Shown here one piece after another: positions 12,225 to 28,933 of a stretch of DNA of 64,000 nucleotides. A model generated the notes under the pieces. It had not been told where the DNA came from and made no database searches. It saw only the letters and a program-made list of their open reading frames with translations. The DNA lies in the NCBI RefSeq assembly GCF_009914755.1, contig NC_060929.1. One strand, written 5' to 3'. Every line of letters starts with the position of its first letter. Positions within the stretch are counted from its first letter, which is position 1. The position numbers were made by a program, and so were the translations under genes. This DNA is from the human T2T-CHM13v2.0 reference genome, Homo sapiens.

Positions 12225-14505
12225 TTAGAATTGGAGACATCTGCGGGAACTCATGTTTAGCTGAATATAGATACAGCTGGATATATATAGAAATATTTAT
12301 ACATATGCTTATTGTGATACTATGATTATGTATAGTCATAATATATATTATGTATGTGTATATATATAATCATCATACATGTATGAAATAGGCTTTTGTC
12401 CGAAGTTCCTGGCTCATAACTCCCATAGCCCTTGTTACACTTGTTACAGTCTTTTGTTATAATCTTGGGGCACTTCAGGCCTCAGAAAACTGAATCTCTC
12501 TCTCTCTCCCCTTTTCCTGTCCTCCTCTTGCCTGCTGAAGGCAGGACTCTAATCTGGTTGTGGATCAAAAGGCCCTGCTTCCAGAGAGGCTCCTGCCCCA
12601 TACTCTGGAGGAAGGAATGCTGCACAGAGAGACCAAGAAGAATCTGAACAGGTCTGGCCTCCCTGGCTTTCCTCGTCAGTGTATGAACTCACATATGAGA
12701 TCACACCCTTTTTGTCCAATCACCTTTCTACGTGGTTGTCAATTTTGCCTATAATGAAGGTTCCATTAAAAACCCCAAAGGATAGGGTTTGGGGAGCTTC
12801 CAGAGAGCTGAACACCTAGAGGCCAATAGAAAGGTGAAGAACTCATCCATGTGCTGAGAGGGTGGTGCACCCCAACTCCACGGGGACAAAACCTCCTACA
12901 TTCAGGGCCCTTCCAGACCTCGCCCTTTGTATCTCTTCCTCTAGCTGTTTATTTAAATACTTTAAAATATTCTTTGTAATAAACTGGTAAACATACGTGT
13001 TTCCCTGAGTTCTGTGAGCCAGCCTAGCAAATTAGTCAAAACCAGAAGGGGTCATGGGAACCCCAACTTGAAGCCAGTTGGTCAGATGTTCTAGAGGCCC
13101 CAGACTTGCACCTCAAAGGGAAGGATTAGGGCAGTGTTGGGACTGAGCCCTCACCCTGTGGGATCTGATGCTGTCTCTGTGTAGACAGTGTCAGAACTGA
13201 ATTGGAGGATACCCAGCTGGTGTCCACTGCTTGGTGTGTGAGGGAAACCCGCACACATTTGGTCACAGACATCTTCATCTCTGTTGGTGATTGTTGTGGT
13301 GATGTGAGAACAGAGGAAGAACATGGTTTGAGAATTTTCCCTATACACATATATACACTGGTTAGTACACACACATGTTTCTTTGCTCTGCCAGCTGAGA
13401 GGGTCTAGAAGAAGCAAAACAAGAAGAAGTGCTACCCTATAGGGCAATAAGGACACCCAGCACACAGATCTTGTATTCCAAATGCCATTCTACAATAAAG
13501 GGAAACAAGGCTCCCTGGAGAAGTAGCTGATACTAGAGCTGGGGCAGGGCTGAGCCTGCAGCGTCCCATGGTGCCAGAAAGTAAGGAGATGCTCAAATAA
13601 CAAAACAAAGGATATATGTCACCTGGACTCGGAAGCCAACCGAAAGAGCTCCTCATGGCCAAAGCTGAAACAATTTGAGCAACAAAATAAATAACAGTAT
13701 TGGATTATAACCAAAATAATAAAATACATATCCTTGTGTCCATACTGACACAAATAAATATATTGAGTAAATAAATAAATAAATACATAAATAAGAATAG
13801 GCAAATCTGTACAAAAGAATTCCAAGTAATGTATGTATGCACTGTCCCCCTCAAGTAGGTAAAGCATAACATCCTGTCCCTTAAGTCCAGGCTGCACACA
13901 GTGACTTCCATCCGATAAGTACAGTATAGAAAGGGGAACAAAGAGTGGAGAAACCTGACAAACACTGCCTTAGCCCTGGAATCAAGCCCAGCATTGGTGA
14001 TAAGTTGTGTTCATGGCATGCACCCTTGATATGATAAGATGAGAATGATGCTTTACCTCTGTTCTCTTCCTCCCACGAATCCATAACCCCAAATATAATC
14101 ATGGCAATAACATAGACAAATTGAGGGCCAGTCTCCAAAGTACCCTGATTTGTACTCCTAAAAACTGTCAAGGTCATCAAACACAAGGAAAGTCTGAGAA
14201 ACTGTCACAGCCCAGGGAAGTCCAAGGATACACAATGATTAATATGATGTGGTATCCTGGATAGAATCCTGGATCAGAAAAAGAAAAGCAGGTGAAAAGA
14301 AATTCAAATTAAGTGTGGACTTTAGTTAATTATAGTATATCAATATTTATTCAGTAGTTTTAACTGACTAATGTATTTAATATACTAATGTGAGACATTA
14401 ACAATAGGAGAAACTGTGAGGGTTCCCTTACGCCCTTGGTACTATCTCTGTGACTTTTCTGTAAGTGTAAAACTATTTAAAAATTAGAAAATATTTAAAA
14501 ACAAA
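12225..14505 (+). mobile_element. L1MC/L1MD 3' region, interrupted by a MER21 LTR
   Basis: Characteristic 3' UTR motifs (aaatgccattctacaataaaggga, gaaagtctgagaaactgtcacag) and an A-rich end at about 14500. Confidence 0.7.
12313..13346 (+). mobile_element. MER21-family LTR
   Basis: Starts tgtgatactatgatt. Internal taataaactggtaaac...tgagttctgtgagcc and ggaccccagacttg-like motifs. Ends ...gtgagaacagaggaagaacatggtttg. Confidence 0.75.
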
Positions 14506-15379
14506 ATTTTTCAACCCAGAACACATATATGGCATGAGTTTCTTTCCTTCCTACTTTTTTCTATCCATCCATATCTCCATCTCTCCTTCCATCCATTTTT
14601 CTGTCGTATATACATGGAGAAATGTCTGTCACACAGTCCACCACAGTTAAGGGCCACTACACCTAAACAGTGGATTTTGTAGGCATTTTCTGAACTGTTC
14701 GACTTATGTTTTAAAATCATGCTATTTCTATTAAAGCATTAAAGTCACTGTGCTTTTTAAATGAAGAAGTTGGAGACAGAGATGTTAATTATCAAGAATT
14801 TTTGTCCTGACAATATGCTAGCTGTAATAGGAGTCAACATACTGTTTCATTTTATAAAGGTATGCACGATATTTGGTCTAAGAGAAGGTTTGCTGAATGA
14901 CCACAATCCATCAGTACATTTGATTGCAGTTAATTACATAATCAAAACCAAAAAACAATCAATCTGAGAGGGCTGATTTAAAAAAAAAAAAAAAGAAAAA
15001 ACAAAAACAAGAAAGCATGTGCTTGATTTTTTTTTTCCTGTGGGAACACATACACACTCAGTGCCTTAATTGTGTGATTTCGCTATTAAGATACATCATG
15101 TCTTTTACAGTCAGCCCCCACAGGAAGGAGAAATACTCAATTGATCCTATTTCTATCCAGGAGAGCTCAGTTAGTTTCTAGTTAAGAATTAAACATATCT
15201 AAAACGAACAATACACTACTGACTTCACAGTAGAACTCTGCCTAATATCAGAGGTGGTTCTGACTTGATACAAATAATTGTTGTTTCAGGATAATATAAT
15301 TGCAATAAGGAGTTTGTTATGAATAAATGGAAAGAATACAAATCTTGAGAAGAGTCACTGCCTTTTCTCCCTATCCCTT

Positions 15380-15917
15380 TGTGGAAAACCAGAATATCTC
15401 ACCCTAAAATATGAAGGATTGAGCTGAAGGCAATGAAGAAGAAGCAGATTCAGGAAAGCTCTTTGCTCTTCCTCTATTTGCCTAAAAGCAGGATATAGAC
15501 TCACAAAGACAAAAGATATCCTGCCTGCTTCTCTACCAGGGAGAATAAATGTTAAGCACTGGAGACGGTTTTAGAACCTTATGAACCCGAATATGGATGA
15601 GCTTTACTAACTGGCCTTTATCTGCCATTCATTTGCCTTCCAGGCATTGCCACCCCTGGAGGCTTAAAATCCTTTCACTTTGTCTTGTCACTACTTAAAA
15701 ATGTACTATTCTTTGTTGACGATGCTATTTAGCTGGAATTCAAAGCCACCTTTTTGAAAACTACTCGTTCCCTGGGAGTCTCCCATGTATATATGAAATA
15801 TATATATAAATAAACATCTGCTTGTTTTTCTCTTGTTAATCTGCCTTTTGTTACAGGGAGCTGTTCTAACTAAGAACCTATGAGGGTTGAAGAAAAATTT
15901 ATTTGTCTTCTCCTACA
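15380..15917 (+). mobile_element. MER34-family LTR
   Basis: tgtggaaaaccagaatatctcaccctaaaatatg...gagctgaaggcaat...ctcctaca. TG...CA ends and an internal AATAAA. Confidence 0.75.
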
Positions 15918-16085
15918 CCTCAAAGCAGCAAAGGTGGCCAGATCTCTCACCTTTCAAAATTTTGTGTTAATTGGAGTTAGATTTTTAAACTGCAGAATTT
16001 TAGTACTGGTAGAAATAATCAAGATCAATCCAAGAGTCTAAGCCCTTCATGTTGCAGATGAGGAACAAAGGATTTTCATACTCAC

Positions 16086-16383
16086 TTTTTGTTTTTGTTT
16101 TTTGAGACAGTCTCCCTCTGTCACCCAGGCCGGAGTACAGAGGAGCAATCGCAGCTTACTGCAACTTCTGCCTCCAGGGTTCAAGGGATTCTTTTGCCTC
16201 AGCCACCTCAATAGCTGGGATTACAGTCGTGCACCACCACACCTGGCTAATTTTTGTATTTTTAGTAGAGATGTGGTTTCACCATGTTGGCCAGGCTGGT
16301 CTCGAACTCCTGGCCTCAAGAGATCCACCCACCTCAGACTCCCAAAATGCTAGGATTACAGGCATGAGCCACTGCACACATCC
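16086..16383 (-). mobile_element. Alu (older, AluJ/S)
   Basis: Full dimer in antisense orientation. Confidence 0.93.
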
Positions 16384-17166
16384 TTCAGCTCAGTTTTTAG
16401 GAAAACTGATAAACCTAATTCTGCTGGCAAAATAGATAAATTGAGGTAGATATTCATTTTACAAAATGATCCAATGCAGTATTCTTTTAAACATGCCCCC
16501 CATATGTTTTAAAAGTATTATTCAATTTATAAAAATGGAATTCACACACAACTTTCAGGAATTCACCTACAATTAGCAAATACACATTTCTGTAATGTCT
16601 CCTGTGTACAAAGCTCTGTGTTAGGCACCACAGGGATTGCAGAACCCCAGCTCCACTATGAAGTAATATATGACCTTGAAGAAAACTTTATTCGTCCTGC
16701 CTCCCAAAGCTACCGTCTTCCAGGCTCACAGAATCGGTGGTGGCAGCATTTTTCTTTTTGAGGTGTGTCCAAGGTCAAGGTTTGAAGTAGTTAGGAAGAA
16801 AATCTGATAAGAAGAAAAACAAAACCCAATAATGAAAACAACATATGGAATAGGGAGAAAAGTCAAGGAGAATTTACATTTCTAAAGATGCTATGTTTCT
16901 GGCCAGGGGAAATAATACATTTTGCCAGTTGGCTTCATGGTGTCCCAATCTGGGCCCAGACACAGATGGAACAGATGTTGGAGCTTCTTCCTGGAACTGT
17001 ATGGCCAGACTCTTATCCCTTAAGATTCTCTGACTTAATCCTTGAAGAGACTGGAACTTCCTGGTCTCTGAATTCATGCATGTTCTTATCCAGAGGTAAC
17101 AATGCTGAGGCTGTGCTCTGCTCCTATGGGACTAACAAGTGCACCATGTTCTTGGCAGTCCCTCTT

Positions 17167-17493
<327 letters not shown>

Positions 17494-18144
17494 TGGCAGT
17501 CCCTCTTCCTTAATGCATTCCTTAGACACTGCCGCTCCTAGGAAGTTGCTTATGTTTCAGCTTCACCCTTTCCCTCCCTCTTCCTGTCAGTAGGACATGC
17601 CTTTCTCACCACATTGGAAATTCCCCTTGAATTTTGTTAGAGTCAGTGTACAGTCAACATTTGTGGGCCTGGCCATATCTACATGTCCTTAGCAAACTAG
17701 AAATCTCCATAGGCTTGAGGGGAAGTTAATGAAACATGAACTGACCACACTAACATTTCACAACCAGGAAAGTCTTACAGAAATGAAATGGAAAATGAAT
17801 TAAAATATCAAGATCGAGGCTTAAAAAAATGTGAGAAGAGCACTGATATCCCATGTGGAAAACATAGGGGACTGTTCTAGTTATTTTAGGAAGAATCGGC
17901 TCACAGCTGAGAGATGCTCACAGCTGAGCGTTCTGAGCAACTTGCACACTGGGGCAGGGGGAGGAAGGGCAGAAGGAGAAGATGTGAACTGTCGGCCCGA
18001 GCGTTTCATGGACACTCCTCTCATAGCAGAGCTCCTGAGCTGCTAGGAATCTTTACTTCAGGTTGAGTCATCTGAGCTCATACTTAAAATAATAATGATA
18101 ATAATAATAGCAACCTATATGAATCATATTGTACTTAAGTTTCA

Positions 18145-20669
<2,525 letters not shown>

Positions 20670-21491
20670 TTTTTGTTGCAGAAGATCCAGAGGATGAGAA
20701 AATATTTTAAGAAGAAAGTGAAACACAGGCTTAATTTCTATACTCCAGTGATAAGCAGATATTTTATATGCATTGAATCTTTCCATTTTAACATATTTAA
20801 ATGCTGCTTTTTTAAATAACATGTTATGGATATATACCACGCAAATAAATAGAGCTTATCATTATAATTTTAGTGTCTATATATATTCTACTATATGGCT
20901 GCATGACCAGTTACTTAATCTTCCATTAATGGGTATGTGAGTTATTTTCAGTGTTTTGATATTGAAACAATGATATGTGGTGTGCATGAACCTTCTCTCC
21001 AGGGCCCCGCCATTAATGCCTCTCTGCTTCGATACCCCCCATTCACAAGTGTTTCCACTACAATTTACACATTCCAGAGTAGGAAATTGGATTGCATCAG
21101 CTTGGGTTGAGTGTCAACACTGGATCAATTGCGTTTGATGAAAGGGCCCCACTGTGCATCAAAGCTATTCCCACAGTAAAAGGAATCCATGTGACTGGGA
21201 AGCCCATCCATGAGGTATCTGCTCAGCTGGCTGTAGCCCTTGAGGTCAATTATTAATGTCTCAATCTCCAGCACTTAACACAGTGCCTGGCACAGAATAG
21301 ATGCTCCATAAATCCTTACTTGCTGGATGGATGGATAAACGTTAGTGGCAAGCTCAGTCTTGCTGCCTAACTTGTAAAGGCGCTCATGTCTGCAATTCTG
21401 ACTTCCTTTTCAAGAGATGAGATTAAAAGACTTGAATGGGACGAGGAATAAAGAGGCATTCCTCCCTCCTTGGTGTGGACTAACCCGTCAG

Positions 21492-21909
21492 TGTGGTAGA
21501 CACAGGTATGAACCGTTGAGATCCCCCTTCAAGGAAGGATTTGCTGACAAGCAGTGATAGTGCAATCAGAAACAGTCTACAGCTGTTAGCTTCTTCTAGT
21601 TTTGCCTCAGCTGCAGAGACTCACTTTGCCCAAAGTCATGCCCATCCTGGGCACTGTGCATCTGGTGACTGAACAAGGCCTGGCCATTTGTTTCAGGAAT
21701 ATAAAGCCCTGGATATTTGTTTTGGGACAACTCTGAAGGACCATACCCACTCTAGAGCTCCCTGCTGGGTTGACCTACATTGCTGTTGACTTCTCCCTCT
21801 ACCTAATCCTGCTTTAACCCCCTCCCGTCATAGGTATTGATCCCTAATAAACATCTTGCAACCCAAACTCCATCTCAGCATCTGTTTCTGGAGAACCAAT
21901 CCTACAACA
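21492..21909 (+). mobile_element. LTR16-like ERVL LTR
   Basis: Ends ccctaataaacatcttgca...aaactccatctcagcatctgtttctggagaacc...aca. Confidence 0.65.
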
Positions 21910-22020
21910 TTTAGCTTACTGTACTGCATGCCCTGCATTTATCAAATATGTATAATAAATTGGAAAAGTTGGGCCGTTCAAGAATGTACAACTTCTGCAC
22001 CTAACCCTGGCCCTCACTAG

Positions 22021-22383
<363 letters not shown>

Positions 22384-23409
22384 TGATGACAGTAAATTTC
22401 TAATTCATGTTGACAACATCACTAGGAAGATATCTAGGGCCACAGAACCCCTGGACAGAAAACACTGGAATTTCTGCTAGTAAGTGGGCAAAGTGGTATC
22501 TTTGGGGCATTACCATACATGTGACCTCATTTATGTACAAAACCTGGATATATTCAAAGGCCAGTACATATAGATAGCTTTAAGGTCATCATTTGGTGGT
22601 AGCAGAATTCCTGAGCCTTCAGACTTCCACTCTGGGTTACTTGCCACTGCTCTTGGCTTCCATGTTTGTTAGGCCAGATAGAAAGCACAGAGCCTCATTG
22701 TCCTTGTTTCCGGCCCACTCTCTGCTCTTTCAGGGTGGCCCCGCCTGGCATTACAGTAGCAGTAGGGAGTTTTCGCGGTACAGGCTGAGGTGACAGGCAG
22801 TGATGGGATAATTTTCTTGCTGATCTCTAATTCTGTTTGCTCACAACATTGGACAATGTGAGGTAGCATCATAGGCATATACCTTGTGCAGCATTGCAGC
22901 CCAACTTCTTGCATGAATGAGGCATACAGAATATGTGGCACATGCTTATGTACTCCTGCATCCACACGTTCCTGCACATCATCCTCAGGGGGTTTATTTT
23001 TCCTTCCATTAAGTCGTACCTGAAATCTCTTTGCCAGGCTTCTCTTCCAGTAAAAAGAATATATCCTTCTTTAAAGGAAAATGGAAAAGGTGATTGAGAA
23101 TTGAGCATCTGTTGGAACCATTTTTCTCAATTTCCATGTTACCTGATCCAGAGACGATGTAAATGATGCAGAGACACTGAGAGGAAGCTCTCTGTTTGCT
23201 CCACGTCATTACAGCTCAAGCCTGAGGTGGTGTGTATTGTGTGGTGGACTTCTAGTACTGCAGTCCTTCCATGACCTCCCTCAATTGTTGACTCATTTTG
23301 TGGAGTTGGGAACTGTTGAGACATACCAGACCTAATTCAATGAATTAGCAGGAAATGACACCAAGGAGGCCTAAAGAAAGTCAAAGTACAGGCACAGATA
23401 GGTAGGTGC

Positions 23410-23660
23410 TTATGGCAGAACCAGCCAGGGATCACCAATTGTCCATGAGCTTGTCTACATTTCCCAGTCTCCTTTGCAGTTAAGATGGGACATGTGACTA
23501 GTTCTGGCCCACAGACTATGAGCAGAAGTCATGTATGGCACCTCTGGGCTGAGGAACTTAAGAGTGTGGGCTTCCTCCACAATCTCTCTTCTCCTATTCC
23601 AATGTACTTGAGGACCACAGGTTCAAAGTGATGAAGCAACAAAATGGATAAACACCATTC
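23410..23660 (+). mobile_element. Old MLT1 LTR fragment
   Basis: ctacatttcccagtctcctttgcagttaag...catgtgactagttctggcc motif. Confidence 0.55.
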
Positions 23661-25333
23661 AAGCTGCATTAAATATCTTTTCTCTTCCTGCCTTCCTCGG
23701 TTCCTAGAGCCTCCTTGAGCTTTCTCTTCTTTGTGCACCCCAACTCCCTCTTCCTCACCTTACATCTTTCCTTGGTAAAGAGGCCAGGAGTAGCACTTTA
23801 CAAAACAATATATGTGAGTAATATAAGACTCAGAGGCATACCGCCCCATGTGGAATTTGTCTATGCCACAATAATTTCATGTTTGCCTATGTTGCCTGTG
23901 TCTCTGTGAGGCTCATGATGTCACAGCAGAACCCCATCATGCATATTTTTATTATTGCTTCTACAACTAATGCTTTAACATGATTCTTTTAACTAGGACT
24001 CATCTAATTTTAACTTTTCTCCAGGAGAATGCCCACTTGGTCGGATTTCATACATACTTAGTCTTTACTCTTTATTATCTGCAATTAACAATAGGATATA
24101 TTTACATGTCAATGATTTTAAGAACAATTTATTTACTCTTGTTTTTTTCAAGCTAATAAAATTTTATTTCCATTTGATGATGTTTATTGTAACTGAGCAA
24201 ATACTCAATCTTTTCTAAATCAGGATAAAAATAAACACAGTAAGTTACTACATTATATAGGTATCATCAAAAGAGTTACTGTTTAATCCACTGACTATGA
24301 AAAATCAGCTTTTCATACTCTTTTATCAATATTCCAGATTGAAATTCTGTCACAGGCTAGCAAAAGTAGAGACCTTTATATATGACATCTGAACAAATAA
24401 GAGCCTCAGGGCCCAGCTGCAGATATTCAGTGTTATATAAAATATGGATCTAAGTCCTAGCTCTGTTTCCAACATGAATTCCCTCATGGAGCCTGGTGTA
24501 TTCTTCTGGCTGCTTCTGCCCCTGCTGACTCCACAACAAGGACATCAGGACTCCAAGGACACCATGCCTCCTGGATTCGACAAAGGACCCTGCAGAGCCT
24601 GGCTTCCCCATGGTGTTCACATCAGTCATTGTCCTCTTCTCTCATTCCACCCCACCCCCTTTTCCAGCTGTCATGTATGAATACTTGCCAGCTCCTTGTT
24701 ATTATTGCTTTTTGGAGTCTTTTCGGTTTAAGGATTGGGCAAGTTTGCAATTTAAACCTTATGGGTTTGAATTTTCAAGTGTGAACTTTGGTGATAACTC
24801 TTGTCCAAATGCAGCTTCCTGCCCTCTCGGAAAAAAAAAGTCTCCAGAGACATTTGGACATCTATTGCAAAAGATATTTGGACACCTATTGCAAAAGAAC
24901 ATATTGCTGATGATCTAAGTATAATGGAACCAGAAGTATATGGATTATATTTCCTCTTAAATGAGCATGATTTTCAAAATGAAGGAAGTGAGTGAATTAT
25001 TTGGCAATATTGAGTTTGGAGATGGTCAATTTTTAAGTATTGGAAAAGTGAGACAGAAAACCAGGCCTGCTTTTAGGATTCTTCCTCCTTGGGTGGCAGG
25101 GAGTTACTATATTTGGTTCTGTTGCGGCCACTCCCCAGCTGTGAGAACTGTTGCACAGCCATCTCCTAGCATGGATTGGAGACTGCCACCATTCAAGGGC
25201 ATTATTAAGTGATGGCCCATCACTCAAATGCATTTAACACTTGTAAATAAGTGGTTCATAAATGTAGGATATAACACTAATGGGAGTATTAAGCAGTTGA
25301 AGCCTTTGTAACAGATCAGCTACCAGCCTAGTC

Positions 25334-25745
25334 TTTTTTTTTTTTTTTAAATAGATTTCATTTTTTGGAACAATTTTAAGTTCATAGCAAAGTTGAGTGG
25401 AAGGTATGGAGATTTCTCATATACCCCCTACCTCCATTTGTAGCTTCTATCATTATGAACCTAACATTGACACACCACGATCATCCAAAGTTCATAGTTT
25501 ATATCAGGGTTCACACTTGGTATGGTCTGTTCCATGGGTTTGGACAAACGTATAATGCTGTGTGTCCACCAATATAGTATCATACAGAGTTGTTTCACTG
25601 CCCTAAAATTTTTCTGTGCTCCACCTATTCATCTATCCCTCCCCACATCCCCTAGAAACCACTGATCTTTTTACTGTCTCCATGGTTTTGCCCTTTCCAG
25701 GATGTCATCAAATTGGAATGAGAGTATGTAGCCTTTTCAGATTTA
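25334..25745 (-). mobile_element. L1MA/MB 3' end fragment
   Basis: Poly-T followed by ttttaagttcatagcaaagttgagtggaaggta...aaccactgatctttttactgtctccatgg. Confidence 0.75.
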
Positions 25746-26936
25746 GTCAAGTCTTTGTAAACAGGAAGATCTGGTTTCAAATCCTGGCTAAGTGACCTTG
25801 GACAAGTTCTTTTGCTTTTCTGAGACTGTTTCCTTATCTCTGAGAATTAAATAAGACAATGTTTATCAAGTGCCAGGTTCAGACCTTGAAACATTCATTA
25901 CTGTGCAGATTTACTTGATTCCTCAATAGAGAGAGAGGTGATTTTTTTGATTAAGGAGCACAACTATAGTAGGAAAAATCATTATAGCACTCCTTATGTC
26001 GGACCCAATATGACATAGATGTGTGTTTCCAAAATTTACACAATATGTAGAGATTGGTCAATGACCTGATTTAACAAGCATCTTCAGATCACCAAGTGGG
26101 GCTTCCCGCCTTTTCTCTTTAGGCACCATTAATTATTGGTTTCCCTTGGAATTTTGTCACAAAGAAGGAAAACCAGATAGAAGAAGGCCAGAAATGCCGC
26201 AAACACACAGGATGAAGTCATCCAATATGTGTGATATTGTTCCACAAATATAAATGTCTTAGAATTAACAAGAACAATTATACAGATCGTGCAAAGTCAC
26301 AAAAAAGCAAGCTAAATGTCTGTGCAGAGTTGTAGGGCAATGCTGATGGGGCTGGGTAGGCATGAACTGATGGTACAACTATCTTTGTGTTTCAAACATT
26401 TGGTAAAATAGTAAAAGTGAAAATCTACATTTGAAATTACTACAAGAATTATTGAGCAGAACTTATGTGCAACACAGGGAGTTAACTCGGTGGGAATGCA
26501 GATATTGAGGTGAGCCAGCCGGGACCTGCATTCAACAGACAGAAGCCAAGAAAGTCCTGCAGCAACAAAAACATCATATTATAAATAAACTGCCATTTAG
26601 CCCTCTGAGGAAAGTGGAAACTTTCCTTCTACTTCTAAATTTCTGTGGAGTTGTAGCAGCCTCTGAAATCTGGTCCCTGATGTGTTCTGTCATTCTAAAA
26701 TAAGCCCAGGTCCCCAAGAAGCAGGGACCCCACCTGGCCTTCTGTGGGAAGAGCAGTCTCACATCACTGTTTTCTGATCACTTCATTAAACATGTGTCTC
26801 CTTCACTGTCACTAAAGAGACAACACGTTTAAAGCTGCCTTCTCCCACTGGCCCAAATAGGTTGCCTTGGAAATATCTTGGACCCATTCCTTTACTTCAT
26901 TTCCCATTGCACCAAACTGCCACACCTTGTTAACTT

Positions 26937-27260
26937 TTTTTTTTTTTTTTTTTTTTGAGACAGAGTCTTGCTCCCATCCATGTTGGAATGCAGTGGTGTG
27001 ATTACAGCTCACTGTAATCACAGTAATCACAGCTCACTGTAATCACAGTAATCACAGCTCAAGAGATCCTCCCACCTCAGCCTCCCAAGAAGCTGAGATT
27101 ACAGGCACATGCCACCATGCCCAGCTAATTTTTAAATGTTTTGCAGAGACAGTGTCTCATTATGTTGCCCATGCTGGTCTCAAACTCCTGGGCTGAAGAG
27201 ATTCTCCTGCCTCGGCTTCCCAAAGTGCTGGGATTACAGATGTAAGCCACTGCGCACAGC
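26937..27260 (-). mobile_element. AluJ with an internal 25-bp tandem duplication
   Basis: Antisense dimer. TSD cttgttaactt / cctgttgactt. Confidence 0.9.
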
Positions 27261-27284
27261 CCTGTTGACTTAAAAAAAAAAAAA

Positions 27285-27985
27285 AAACTTTATTGAGATA
27301 TAATTTATGTATCCTACAACTCCCCCATTTAAGTTATACAGTTTAACAGTTTTTAGTATAATCACAGATAGGTGCGATCATCACCATAGTTAATTTTACA
27401 ACATTTTCATCACCTCAAAAAAAAAACCTCCATATTTTTAGCTCTATGCTCTCCTGTCCCCTATATCCCAGCCTAAGCAACAACTAACCTATGTGCTGTA
27501 TCTATAATTTGCCTATTCTGAATTTTCATATGAATGTAATTATGCAATGTGTGGTGTTTCATAACTGGCCTCTTTCACTTGGCCTAATGTTTTTGAGGTT
27601 CGTCCATGTTATAGAACATATCAGTACTCATTTCTTTCTATGGCCAAATAATATTCCATCGTATAGATACACCACATTTTGTCTATTCATGCATCAGTTG
27701 ATGGACATTTGGGTTGTTTCCAATTTTTGGCTATCATAAATAATGCTGCCATAAACACTAGTGTACAAATTTGTGTGTGGATATATGTTTTTATTTTTCT
27801 TGCGCATATACCTAGGGGTGGCATTGCTGGATCATATAGTAACTCTAAGTTTAATCATTTGAGGAACTACCTGTTTTCCAAGGCAGCTGCACCATTTTAC
27901 ATTCCCATGAATAGTGTATGAGAGTTCCAATTTCTCCACATCTTCTTCAACACTTGTTATTGTTTGATATTTTGATTCTGTCTAT
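27285..27985 (-). mobile_element. L1MB 3' fragment
   Basis: ctttattgagatataattt...gatggacatttgggttgtttcc...ccattttacattccc. Confidence 0.8.
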
Positions 27986-28674
27986 GCTGTTGCCTTTTAC
28001 AAAATTATTTTCCTCTGAAAAAAGGCAACATCTCTCTTACCTAGACAGTTTTCTCCTTTCCTGATGTCGTTACCTCAGTCTAGCTCTTCATCATCTCACA
28101 CAGAATTCTGAAGTCAAATCTGCTTTTTATTTTTCCCCTTTCCAGGTCATGTTGCAGCCCTGCCAAACTCTATATGAGAAATATATTTTCATCTCCATTT
28201 AGTCTTCCTCAGATCTCTCCAGTGGCTTCTAACTTGTTATCACTCCATCACTGAACAACTCTTGTTAGCTTTCCAGGTACCCCTGGAAAATTTGCCCCCA
28301 CTCATCCTACTCAGCACAGATCCTCCTCCCTGACGAATCTTCCAGATGGCGCTCACCCTCCTCACTTTTTCCTGCTCACTTTTGCAGTGATGCTGCCTGT
28401 TTACTTTTGCCTCTTCAGCATTAGACTCCTCAACCATGAATGTCCCGTTTTCTGTTTCCCTTGATCAGAAAACACCACAGCATTCGAGAAGATTTCTCTG
28501 ACTTTTTGCCCCTTCCTTTCCATGTCCAAGGGGTGGATATAGCCAATCATGTGTTAAAGGTGTAGGCCAATCTTGTACTTTTTCCCCGGATTGTAAATCT
28601 GAGACAAGTGATACAGGATTGAAAAGTGGTGACATTGGTCTCCCAAAGAGACTCCCCATTAATTTTATATATAT

Positions 28675-28933
28675 GTACAAGGACATCTGCCCAGCAACTG
28701 CCTGTCCAACCTCAGACTGGCATCACCCTTGTTATTGATCTTCGTAGACAAGGATAATTATTTTAAAACAATTGTGTAATCCTTCTCATTTTTTCCTTTA
28801 AAAATCTTTGTCTTCCTTTACCTTCCTAAATATGCACATGGTTTCTTATGGCATGCATATTCCCATTACAACGCTCTATTCCCAAATAAATATCTTTTCT
28901 ATTAGAAAGCCCCTCTCTGTTATTTGGTTGACA
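28675..28933 (+). mobile_element. MER39-like LTR, 3' portion
   Basis: ctgcccagcaactgcctgtccaacc...ggataattat...tattcccaaataaa...ttatttggttgaca. Confidence 0.6.

Noticed and set aside
12337-12386. Perfect palindromes cataatatatattatg and tcatacatgtatga
   Set aside because: They lie in low-complexity AT sequence at an LTR edge and are expected from TA slippage.
22593-23324. Cluster of overlapping minus-strand ORFs as a possible retrogene
   Set aside because: No recognisable domain, poly-A, TSD or splice structure. Consistent with chance.
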